NCBI RefSeq assembly: GCF_009914755.1
Contig: NC_060936.1
Strand: one strand, 5' to 3'
DNA: 64,000 nt
From: the human T2T-CHM13v2.0 reference genome, Homo sapiens
Translations under genes and position numbers: made by a program
Shown here: positions 31,210 to 43,128 of the stretch, piece by piece
Position numbering within the stretch: position 1 is the first letter of the stretch
Layout: every line of letters starts with the position of its first letter
The notes under the pieces: generated by a model
Databases searched by the model: none
Told to the model about the DNA's origin: nothing
What the model saw: only the letters and a program-made list of their open reading frames with translations

Positions 31210-33286
31210 AGCTTTTTAATAGAAAAGGATAAGCTGATCCAAAAATTCATGTGGAAATTCAAATGACAGAATGGCTGAAACAACTTTGAATTTTAAAATA
31301 AAATCATAGAAGTTAACACTATTTGATTTCAATCCTTATTTTAAAGCTGTAATAATAAATATAGTTGATATTGATATAAAGACAAATACATCAGTTGACC
31401 AGATTAGAGAATCCAGAAATAGATCTACACATATATAGTCATTCAGCTTTAGAAAAAGGTAAAAGAGGAATTCACTGGCAAAAGGATAGTCTTTTAAACA
31501 AATGCGCCTTGAGTATTTGGATATCTGTTTGCAAAAAACTGAATTTTGATGCATACATGGCACTGTATACAGTATTAATCCAAAATGGATTATAGACCTG
31601 AATGTAAAAACTAAAACTTTTAGGAAAAAGTCTTTGCGATGTTGTATTAGCCAAAGTTTTCTTGGATATGATTCAAAAGCAAGGTTGCTAAAAGAAAAAA
31701 TGTAGTTGTGTCTCATCAGTAACAAAAGCTTCTTTAAATGACACTGTTAAGAGAAAGAAAAGAGAAGCCACAGTGTGGGAGAAGATATTTACAATCATGC
31801 AGCTGATAAAAGACTTGTTTGTAGAATATACAGTTTATAAAACTCATTTTGAAGAAAACGTAAAGCCCAATGGAAAAAGTAGGCAAAAGATTTGAACACA
31901 TAATTCACCAAAGAAGATATAGGTTTCAAAAAGCACGTGCAAAAATGCTCAACATAATTCATATTAGAGAAATGAAGATTAAAACCACAATGAGAAAACT
32001 GATCCATACCAAGTGTTGGCAAGATTGTAGAGGAAGTAGAACTCTCATACACTGTTTCTATCGATGTCATATCATAAAAGCACTTCAGAAAATAGTCTGG
32101 CAGTTTCTTAACAAGTTAGACATACGTTTATTATAGAGCCCAGTCATTCCACTCCTAGGTATTTACCCAGAATAAATGAAAGCATTTTATCCATATGACC
32201 GATTGTACACAAATGGTCATACAGTGTTATTTGTAATAGAAAAAGTTGTGAACAACTCAAATGCCCATCAACACCTGAATGGAGAAACAAAATGTAGCAT
32301 ATCCATACAATGAAATCCCACTCAGCAATTAAAAGAAATTAAGTATTGATATGTAAAAACATGGATAGATCTCAGAATAATTACATGGCATGAACAAAGC
32401 CAAACAAAAAAGAGGACATACTATTTTTATGTAAGACTCTAGAAATTGCAAATTCGTCTATAGTAACAGAAAGCAAGTACTGTTTTCATGTACAAGTCTA
32501 GAAAATGCAAAGTAGACTATAGTTGCAAAACACAGAATAAGTAACATTCTCTTAATCCCTCAGGTTTTTTCTCGCTTCTTGATTTTTATTGTTTATATCT
32601 TATTGGGAATACTGTGTTCTCATTATTGAAATGCTACCAAGAACAATTTTGCTTTCCGTATCTGTTAATTAAGACTAACTTAGGACAAGAAAAATCTCCA
32701 TTAAGTTGGATATAACTCAGTGAGATATTTCTGTTCCTCTTTCTGCATTTTAAAAATTCACATGGACAGATAACAAGTCTCAGATTAGGACTGTGATGTA
32801 GGTATGGTTCCAGAAATTTCTTCTAGATCTGTGGCCTGTCTTATACTAAATTTTTTTAGTCTAGCTAGAAATTTGAAAGTGGACTGTGAATTAGAATCAC
32901 ATCTGAAGAATTACCTCCATTTTAGTTCTTGGGAGAAATCCAGATTGTGGGCCTTCTGGAATAATGAAATGGTTCACAAGATGCCCATTTGTGATTTCTG
33001 TCATGGTTCCTAGCCCGTGTGTCTTGGTGTCATTGTAAAAGGTTGTTGATTTGCTTCTGAATTTCCTACAAAAGCTGATGCTAGAATGAATATTGTTACC
33101 ATATGAGGGATCTCTGCTACTCAAAATATGTGGGAAACACTCTTTTGTCAAGTCTCTTGACTAACAGTTACTCCATAGTATTTTTTAAAGAACCTAATAA
33201 AAGAATTATGTTTTTAAATATTGCTTTTTGATTTATGGTACAAACTGAAAGTTTTAAAGCAATAGTTTATTTTGAAATATGTATGG

Positions 33287-33479
33287 CAGGCTTGTCCAAC
33301 CTGCAGCCCATGGGCTGCATGCGGCCCAGGATGGCTTTGAATACAGCCAAACACAAATTTGTAAACTTTCTTAAAACATTATGAGTTTTTTTTTATGATT
33401 TTTTTAAGCTCATCAACTATTGTTAGTGTTACAATTCTTCCAATACGGCCCAGAGAAACCCAAAAATTGGACACCCCTG
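33287..33479 (-). mobile_element. MER30 (hAT-Charlie)
   Basis: caggcttgtccaacc...attggacacccctg. 8-bp TSD ATGTATGG/ATGTAAGG. Confidence 0.9.
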
Positions 33480-33613
33480 ATGTAAGGGAGCTGAATTGCT
33501 TTAGAGCTTAAAACTTGTTTTAAATACTTAAATTAGCCTTCATGAGTTTAATTTGTAATGTGTCCAAACAAAGTATTTAGAGTTAGGTATTGAGTTTATT
33601 TTTTCTTTTGCAG

Positions 33614-33744
33614 ATGGTGATGCCCAGTCACTTAAGGAACATCTTATTGATGAATTGGATTACATACTGTTGCCAACTGAAGGTTGGAATAAACTTGTCA
33701 GCTGGTACACATTGATGGAAGGTCAAGAGCCAATAGCACGAAAG
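33614..33744 (+). CDS. USP15: USP15 coding exon (probably exon 3), DUSP domain
   Basis: Acceptor ttttcttttgcag|AT completes the GAT codon. Reads [44 protein letters not shown]. Donor AAG|gtacat. 131 nt, frame continuous with the previous exon. Confidence 0.97.
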
Positions 33745-36567
33745 GTACATTTTAATAATAACTGACTATAAATATTATTTTTCTTGATTAGTTCACATTT
33801 TATTATTAATTCAATGAATTGTGAAGTTTCATCACTTATCTTAGAGAAAAAGCCAGCAAAATAACCGTACACTGTGTTACAATAATGGCAAGTAACATGT
33901 TAAGAAGGTTTACTTATGCTAGCCACTATTGTAAGTATGTATTATTGATTAATCCTCTATATATAGAGAGAAAACTCTGTAAGGTAAGTAGTAGGAAATG
34001 AGGATAAAAAGTTAGGATCTAGTTATTTTAGAAAGTCATATCAGGATACAGACTTTGGCAACCTGACCCTGTTTTCTGTGCTGCACTGTTTTTGATAAAA
34101 CAATTAGAAAACAATGAAGAAACTAAAAGTTGAAGCAATGTTTTTTGGAACATAAAAATTTTTTAAACTTGAAAATGTAGATTTTTTTTCATATCCTTTA
34201 ACATTTTAAAATTGTAGTCTAGAAACATTAAGAATAACCAATTTCGTTTTTTTAGGGAACTAAAAAGCAATAAGTAAGGGTGTTGCTGTAGTAGAATACC
34301 AAATATTCAAGGTAAATGAGCGAACCTTACACATGTATTTGATCATTTATTGTAGGAGGGGTGGGAGGCTGAGAAGGGACCAAAATCTCTTGGCATAATT
34401 TTGTATCTGGTTTGGGTCCCCCGACCCTCCCCCCATCCCCCGCCACATAGAAACAATTAAAAAGTTGGATTAGGTAACATAAGGGTAAAAAAACCTCTAG
34501 TAGACCTAACTATATTTGAATTTATTTGGAATTGATGCTACAAAGTTGCCATGTTAACAATTTGTATTTGTGTATCCATGGTTTTAGGTATATTAGAAGC
34601 TAACCTTGGATCTTATTTTCTGAATAGATCTTGAATGTACCTTTTATTTATTTTTGTTTAGTTTTATTCCTTAGTTTCACTCAGCCACTTCAAAATTAGA
34701 ATTTCTCTGTTGTAGGAATGCTAGCCTTATAGATCTGTGAAATGATCTAGTTGCTTTATCTATAGTTGCTGGAGAATTGAGTGTTTTGATCAAAGGTAGC
34801 CTATTTAGCTGTAAAACTGTCTAGAATTATTTCATTCCTAGGATAAAGGAAAATTTGTGTCCAAAATATCTCTAAAGGTATTACACTGTATTCCTTTAAT
34901 CTTAATGATACACTTTTTTTTCTTATAAATGTAGCACATTATACACTAGCGGTCTTCAGTATGATAAACAGATCAACTACCAATTTCATTGCCATTACTC
35001 TTTGAAATAGTCCTCATTGAGAGTTCTTGAAACCTGTGTCTAATAACAAAGTAAAATATAATCAAAAATTTCACACAAGTAGAAGAAAAAACATTGACAA
35101 ATCTCTTGGGAGACCACATACTTATTTTTAACAAGATGAATGAAATATATTCAACCTGTAAAATAGTTTGCAAATGTTCATGTGCTATATTACATTGCGT
35201 GGAGTTCTTATTACAGATGCAATTTCCTACAACATTAAATCTGCAGTAAAATTTAATTAATCACACTTAAATTTGGGAATTTCATTTGCATTTTCACTGT
35301 GGCCCACATGACTGATGCAGGTGGAACTCAAAGAAGTAAATAGACCAGCTTATAGTGTCTGAAGCCCAACTTTCAATGTTACCCATCTCTGATTGCATTA
35401 AAGAATCTAGGATTGGTGGTTCCCCTAGCTATAATGCAGAAACCAAGTTAAACATCTTCCTGTACCTCAAAGATCTCTAAAATGCGTCATTTATAGTGTC
35501 AACACTCAAAGAATGGACGAAAAGAAAGCAAGGATATAAGCAGAAAATACGATGGAATCAAAATCCAAGAGAAACAGCAGACAATAGAAACAGACCCATA
35601 AGAAACCCAGGTAATTGAGTTAGTAGATTTTAGAATAGTGGGCTTATTATGCTTAAAAAAAAAAAAAAAAGGCAGATGAGAAGTAGGGCAAAACTATTAA
35701 AGAAGAAGCAAATAGAATTCTAAAACTAATAATATGGAAATTTTATGGATTTAATGTTTGGGAATAAAATTATTAGACCAAACAGAACTGAAGAGAAAAT
35801 TTGTAAACTAAATGATTTGTCAATAGAAAATATAGAGTCTAAAGCTTAGAGAGACAAAAGAATAGAAAATACAGAAAAAAGCTAAGGCATAAATGGAATG
35901 CAGTAAGTAAGTTTAACATGCATACATATAGTTGGAATCTTGGAGAGGAAAGAAAGAGTGGGTAGAACTAATACCAAAGGACGTAATAGCTGAGAATTTT
36001 CCCAAACTGAGAAAGGTGTCATGCTTTAAAGAAATGCTATGAATCCCAAACTGAAATAATACAAACAAAACTGTACCTAGTACAAATGTTGAAAAGCAAA
36101 GGCAAAAAAATTTCTAATAATAGCCAGAGAAAAAGACATGTTATCTTCAAAATAAGGATAAGACAAAATAATGATTTCTCAAGAGAAACCATGGAAGCCA
36201 GAAAACAATGGACTTTGATATGTTAAAAGAAAATAACTGCCAATGTAGGATTCTGTGACTAAGAAAATAATCCTTCAGGGATGAAGGTGAAAAAAGCCAT
36301 TTTCAAATGAAAACTAATAGAATTTGTTACCTGCAGACGTGTATTAAAGGCACTACAAAATAATCTTAAGAATGGAAGGAAAATTATTCCAGATGAAAGC
36401 TTGGAGATGCAGGAAAACAGTGTAGACTGACAAAATGTAAATGTTGTGAGTAAGTCTTAAGATGGACTGTTGAAAACATTAATAATAATTTTTATGGAGT
36501 TGAAAATGTGTATAGAATTAACTACACAATAGTGTTAGCATGTAAGTTAAGATAATATTCTCTACTA

Positions 36568-39445
36568 TGTTCCCTGGTGATCCCCAGCTCCTCATATCCA
36601 TATTCTTGGGCACTCTTCTTCCATGTTGTACTGAGGTTGGTCTGTGTGGCCAATAGCATATAGCAGTACTCATGGTACATCGCTTTCGAGATTAGGTTAT
36701 AAAAAAACACCGCGGCTTACATCTTGGGTGCACACGCACTCTAGCTGTCTCTCTTTCTCATTTCTCACTCGGGGAATTCAACTGCATATGGCGAGGACAC
36801 TCAGGCAGCCTATGGAGAGGCCCACATGGTGAGGAACTGAGATCTCTGGCCAATAGAGAGGAACGGAGGCCTGCAACAACCATGTGAGTGACCTTGGAAG
36901 TGGATCCTTTAGTTCTAGTTTAGCTTTCAGATGATTGAAACCCCAGCCATACCTTGAGAGCAACCTCATGAGAAACTCTACACCAAATCAACCCAGTTAA
37001 GCTGCTCCCAGATTCTTGACCCTCAGAAACATTGTGAGATAATGTTTGCTGTGTTAAGCTGGTAAATTTTGGGGTAATTTATTATGCAGCAATAGATAAC
37101 TAATACTAATCATGGTACCTGTAAATAGGTGCTGATATGAAAACTTGAAATGTGGCGTGGCTTTGGAGCTGACAGTGAATAGAGGTTGTCAGAACTTTAA
37201 GAGTATCAATGAAAGCTTAAAGGGCCTTAAACAAACCGTTAGTAGATTACTAGACTTTGAGATAGCTGCCAGTGAGAACTTGAAGTGAGGAAAGTCTTAC
37301 TGGAAACTGGTAGAAAGTGGTCTTTGTTATACAGTGGTAGAGTAAGTTTAGCAACATGTTGCCTGCAGTAAACTGAAAGGTTAAAGATAGTATTTAATGA
37401 AATTATAGGTCTGCCAAAGTGTTAAAAGTACTGCCTAGTTTCTTTTTGTGTTGGTTATAGTCAGATGTGAGAGAAGAGAAATAACACTAAAGAAAGGATT
37501 GTTCAATAAAACAGAGCCAATATTTACTAGTTTTGAAGATTCCTAGTCCCTCCAGATGGCAAACGGTGCTAATACTAAGCAGTGTTTCTGAGCAAAGATA
37601 AAACTCAGAGTATTCTCAGAAAAAAAGTGTGATCTAATCTGGCAGCCAAGGGTGTGACTGTAAGTTACCTCAGAAAAATCAAAGGTCATGCCTCACAGTA
37701 CTATTCAGACAAAAGGCCCTATAAAGTATTTAAGGGTTAACTTAGAGGTTGTCCTGTCAGTAGTAATATTAATTAATATTAAGGGTGTCTTCTCAATATG
37801 TGGCTTCTAAGAACAGGAGGGCTTCAAGAAGCTTACGGGCAACCCCTTAGCTTTCTCAGCATAAAGCCAAAGTAGAGAGGACTTATCCTACAGAACATTT
37901 GTGGATATGGCTTTTGTCTAATGGAATGAACTCCAGTAAGATCCAGTGGAGACCTACATTGTTTTCGAATTACCTCGCAGAACCACTGCCATTTTGGACT
38001 GCAGAAGCAGTATTAAATGAAAGACGCCTTTGACCTCCCAAACTCCAATAAGTAGGAATCAGGCTGAAAATTTACTTAACTTCAAGCATGTGCTAATGCA
38101 TGAAAAAAGGATGACTCAGAGAACAGAACCAAATGTTAGATAGAATAATTTTCAGGCAAGGGTAGAACTGAGTTCCAGTCAAGGAATTTCTAGTATTTGT
38201 CCAGGTAGATTTCATAATCGTTATGGACCATTGATTCCTTTGTACGTCCTATTTCCCCTCTTACAAAACAGGAATATTTAAAAGGCTATGTTCTGTGTGC
38301 TTCATTGTTTTATTTTGGGTGTATGGGGGGCAGAAAACTTGTCTCTTAGTTCACAGGCCTATACATCAAGAGGCACTACAGTAGTCCCCCTTATCTATGG
38401 TTTTGCTTTCCGCGATTTCAGTTACCTGCAAGCAACCATGGTCCAAAAATATTAAGTGGGAAATTCTGGAAATAAACAATTCGTGAGTTTTAAATTGTGC
38501 ACCATTCTGAGTAACATGATGCCATCCCACTCCATGTCCTCCCCATGGACACTATACACTACCTTCCCGTTTGTCACTTAGTAGCCATCTTGGTTATCAA
38601 TCTACTGTCACAGTGCTTTGTTGAAGGGCATTAGTAGCATAATGCAGCGTTACAATGTACATCATTCACTTCACCTCTTCTCATCAGGTAGACATTTAAT
38701 CATCTCATATCATTACAAGAAAAAGGGTGAGTACAATATGATAAGCTACCTTGAGAGACCACATACACATAACCTTTATTATAGTATATTGTTCTAATTG
38801 TTCTATTTTATTATTAGCTATTGTTAATCTCTTAGTGTGCGTAATTAATAAATTAAACTTCGTCATAGGTATGTATGTTTGTAAAGGAAAAAACATAGTG
38901 AATATAGGGATTAGTGTGCTATTTGTAGTTTCAGGCATCCACTAGGGGTCTCGGAATATATGTCTTCAAAGGCTTATAGAAAATTTATAATTTGTCAATT
39001 ATAGATGACAAATTTCTGAACTCCAGGTTGCTAAAATGAATTGAGACTAGTTGGGGCCTTTGGAAGAACTGAGTGTATTTTGTATTTTGGGGGAAGGAAC
39101 TGTGAATCATTGGGGGCCAGGGGGTAGACTGTGGTAGCCAGCCTCAAAGATGCTCCCCAGTGATTGTGACCTCTTAGAATCCTTAGTCTGGTGTAATCCT
39201 TTCCCACATTGTACGACAGTTGGTCTATGCAGTCAGTAGCATGTGGCAGAAGTGGTGGTATGTCACTTCTGAGATTAGTCCTTAATGGATGCCTGTACTT
39301 CTATTGGGAGTGCACATACCTCCCTCATCCCCTCCCCTCGGATCACTCACTCTGGGCGAAGCCATAACTTTGCCCTTAACTTACCCTATAGAGAGACTCA
39401 CATAATGAGGAACAGAGGCTGCCAACAGCTACATGAGTGAGCTTG
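36568..39445 (+). mobile_element. MLT1F-like MaLR provirus: LTR, internal region, truncated LTR
   Basis: 5' LTR 36568-37106 ends gcagcaatagataactaatac. Internal region starts ggtacc...tgtggcgtggctttggagctg. Purine tract tgggggccagggggtagac precedes the 3' LTR tgtggtagccagcctc at 39130. Confidence 0.82.
38379..38975 (+). mobile_element. MER44/Tigger7 nested in the MaLR internal region
   Basis: TA followed by cagtagtcccccttatctatggttttgctttccgcg...tttcaggcatccactaggggtctcggaa. Confidence 0.87.
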
Positions 39446-40988
39446 TAATTAAGATTTGAACAACATGATTAACCACCATAACCTAATTGACATGTACATT
39501 GTACTTAGTCATTGCAGAATACACATTTCTATTAAGTGGAATTTTTAAGCAAAATTGACCATATTCTGGGTTATCAAAATTCCAGTAAACTTCAAATGAT
39601 AGAAATTGTTCACTGTATTTTCTGTCATTAGTGGGATTAAGCTAAAATCAGTAACAAAGAGATAACCTGATTATCCCCCAACTATCTAGAAATGGAAAAA
39701 TATACTTTTAAGTAATCCTTGAGGCAAAGAGAAGAATGAAAATTAGACATATTTTAAACTGAATAATAATTAAAATACAACTTAAAAGATTGGCTGAAAT
39801 TCTCAGAAGGAATTTTATAGCTTCAGTGCAAATATTGGAAAAGAAAGTGAAAATCTATTGTCTCAACAAGTTAAGGAAATTGAACTTAAGAAGAAACATT
39901 ATAATGTAGACATTAACAAAATAGAAAACAAACCTACATTAAATGAACAAAATTCAGTCATTGTAGAGAGCAGTGAAATTAGACCAGTAAAGATGAGTCC
40001 TGGCAGGATTGTTTAAGAATAAAAAGAGAGTAGGCACAAATAACCTATATTGCGAATGAAAAAGGAAACATCATAGCAGAGTCTAAAGACTTTTTTGAAA
40101 AGATTATGTTTTGAACAGTTTTATGTAAATTTGAAAATTTAGATGAAGTGGATAATTTCTAGACAAACAGAACTTTAAAATGTCAATACAGTAAGAAATA
40201 GGAAACTCGAATTCACCTATGTGATTAAAGAAATTGAGTCATTGAAAACCTTCCCACAAAGAAAGCTTCAGGCCAAGAAAGCTTTACCAGTGTATTCTAC
40301 CAAATATTTAGGGAAGCCATAAACCAATACCACACAGATTCTTTCTGAGAATAGAAGCAGTACTCCCCAACTTATTTTATAAGGCTAGCATAAACATGAC
40401 ATAAAACCTGAAGGACATTACAAGAAAGAAAAATTACAGGCTGGTCTCACTCATGAACATAGATGCTTAAGTCCTAAACACAATGTTAGCAAGACAAATC
40501 CAGCATTATGTAAAAAGGACAAAAATGACCAAGGTGGATATTTTTCAAAGAATACAATTTTAACTTTGAAAAGCATTCATAATTTTAGCAGACTAAAGGA
40601 GAAAAATAATCTCAATAGAGATACAAAGAACATTTGATGCTCAACATCCATGTATGATCTTAAAAAAAAAAACTCCTAGAAAACTAGGACTAGAAATCGC
40701 CTGTAAATATTGTACTTATTGGTAAAATATTAAAAGTTCTTCCCAAGTCAAGAATAACTGTGTTAGAAATCTTAGCCAGTATGGTAATATAGTAAAAAGA
40801 ACTAAAAGAGTGAATCTTGTAAAAGAAGATACAAGACTGTCAGTGTTTTTAGAAGGCACGATTCTACAGGTTTAAAATTCCAAAAATATGTACTGGTAAA
40901 CAATTAGAATTAATAGGTAAATTTAACAGGTTGCCTGATATAAGGGCAGTATAGGGAAACCAGTTTTTTATTGGCAACAAATAAAGTT

Positions 40989-41994
40989 TATTTTTATTTG
41001 TACAAATTAGTGGTGTACATGAGAAAATTTGTTACATATATATAATAAGTAGTAATGAAGTCAGGGTATTTTGGGTGTCCTTCACCCAAATTCAATACAT
41101 TTTTGTTAAGTATAGTCACCCTGCTCTGCTATCAAACATTGAATTTATTCCATTTTACTGTATGTTTGTACTTTTAAGCCAGTTCCCTTCATCCTTCCCT
41201 GCTCCCTTCCTTATCCTTCCCAGTGTCTGTTATCTATCTTTCCACTCTTTACTTCATGTGATCAAATTTTTTAGCTTCCACGTAAAAGTAAGAACAGATG
41301 ATATTTGTCGTTTTGTCCCTGGCTTATTTCACTTAATATAACGACCTCCGGCTTCATCCATGTTGCTCAAAAGACATGATTTCATTCTTTGTAATGGCGG
41401 AATAGTACTCCATTGTTTATATATATATACAATATTTATCCATTCATCCATTGATGAGCACCTAGGTTGGTTCCATATCTTGCTATTGTAGATAGTGCTA
41501 CAATAAACATGTGAGTGCAGGTATCCCTTTCATATACTGACTTCTTTTCCTTTGGGTAGATATGCGGTAGTAGGATTGCTGGATTCAATGGTAATTCTGT
41601 TTTTAGATTTTTGAGAAATCTCCACACTGTTTTCTGTAGTGGCTGTACTAGTTTACATTCCCATCAACAGTGTATAAGTGTTCCCTTTTCTCCGCATCTT
41701 CGCTAACATCTGTTGTCTTTTGTCTTTTTAATAATAACCATTATGGCTTGGTTAAGGTGATATCTCATTGTGGTTTTGATTTGCATTTCTCTGATGATTA
41801 GTGATGTTGAACATTTTTATATACCTGTTGGCCATTCATTTGTCTTTTGAGAAATGTCTATTCATGTCCTTTGCCTACTTTTAAATGGGATTGATTTTTA
41901 CCTGTTGAGTTGAGTCCTTGTATATTCTGGATATTAGTCCTCTGTTGGATGAATAGCTTATAAATATTTTCTACACTTCAACAGGTTGTCTCTT
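40989..41994 (-). mobile_element. L1MA-like 3' fragment
   Basis: ggtgtacatgagaaaatttgttacat...tatagtcaccctgctctgctatcaaac. TSD aataaagtt on both sides. Confidence 0.88.
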
Positions 41995-42171
41995 AATAAA
42001 GTTGAATTTTAAAATAACATTTACAGGTCAAAATACTTAGGAATAAACCTAGTAAGAACTGTGTTTTTCTATACTGAAAATTGTGAAACATTACTGGGTA
42101 AAATTAAAGAAGACTTAATGAATTAATGGATCTAGCCTGAAGGTCTAGAAGCTGAAGATGTAGGAGAAGGA

Positions 42172-42447
42172 GTAGGTCACTAATGTTTTTCTGTAAAGGG
42201 CCAGATAGTAAATATTTTTAGCTTTATGCGCCCTTTAGTTTCTTTTGAAATGACTAAACTTTGCTGATTTAGGCATAAAAGCAGCCCTAGATAATTAATA
42301 ATTGGGTATGAAAGTAGCCGTAAACATAAATGAATGGGGGTTGTTGTGTTCCGGTAAAGCACTATATACAAAAATAGATTGATGGGTAGATTTAGCCATC
42401 TAAACCTAAGTTTAGCCAAACTTAGTTCATAAGTTTGCCCATCACTA
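42172..42447 (+). mobile_element. MER58 (hAT-Charlie)
   Basis: ttttctgtaaagggccagatagtaaatattttta...aaagcagcc...agtttgccc. Confidence 0.8.
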
Positions 42448-43104
42448 GATCTAGGCATTGGCTTTAATGTCTACCAGCATCACAAAAAAAGGAGCAACTA
42501 GATGTTTGCATCCTGTTCAGAGTGAGTGTATGTCACCATCTATGCAGTGGTCTAAAGTAAAAATTACAAGAATAGGAAAGATGGAGAACTTCTAGGTTAA
42601 AAGACACTTAAGAGACGAATTAGTCTATTGGCAATATATGGACCTTATTTGGATCCTGATTCAAACAATACATTAAAAATGAGACAGAAGGAAAAATTTG
42701 ACTTTTGACTGGATATTTGATATTAATTGATTAGTTTTAATTTTTTAGGTGTGATGATGGTATTGTGGTTATGTTTGAGTCTTTGTTTCTGAATATTCTG
42801 AAGTATTTGTGGATGGAAAATCACATACATAGGATTTGTTTCTTACACATTAAGAACTATGATTTCATAGTTTTGTTGTATTTATCTACTTCTCTGTCTT
42901 CACCGTTATCTGTTCTCACTCAGACTCCAGGACCTAGGTCTAATTTATCTGCACCAAATGTAGGTACTCAATAAATGCTTTTAAAATGAATGAAGCTAGC
43001 TCTACAAAAGAGTAAGTCAGTCTGTTAGAGGCCTGGTATTATGAAATTGTTTATATAGTACTAGATTTTTTTAGAAATTACTTATATTTCTCTTCCCATT
43101 TCAG

Positions 43105-43128
43105 GGAGGGAGCATACTTGGAATGAAG
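43105..43128 (+). other. Candidate 24-nt in-frame microexon (GGSILGMK)
   Basis: cttatatttctcttcccatttcag|GGAGGGAGCATACTTGGAATGAAG|gtaaag. Phase 0/0, no stop codon. Predicted from splice signals only. Confidence 0.5.

Larger units (their letters stand above)
35500..42125 (+). mobile_element. Old + strand L1 (ORF1 and ORF2 remnants) hosting a MaLR provirus and an L1MA
   Basis: ORF1-like 35500-36530 (atggaagccagaaaacaatgg). ORF2-like 39450-40980 (aaaaccttcccacaaagaaa...ctcatgaacatagatgc). Confidence 0.7.

Noticed and set aside
33688-33693. AATAAA inside coding exons (also at 52381)
   Set aside because: Encodes Asn-Lys. The hexamer is frequent in this AT-rich window.
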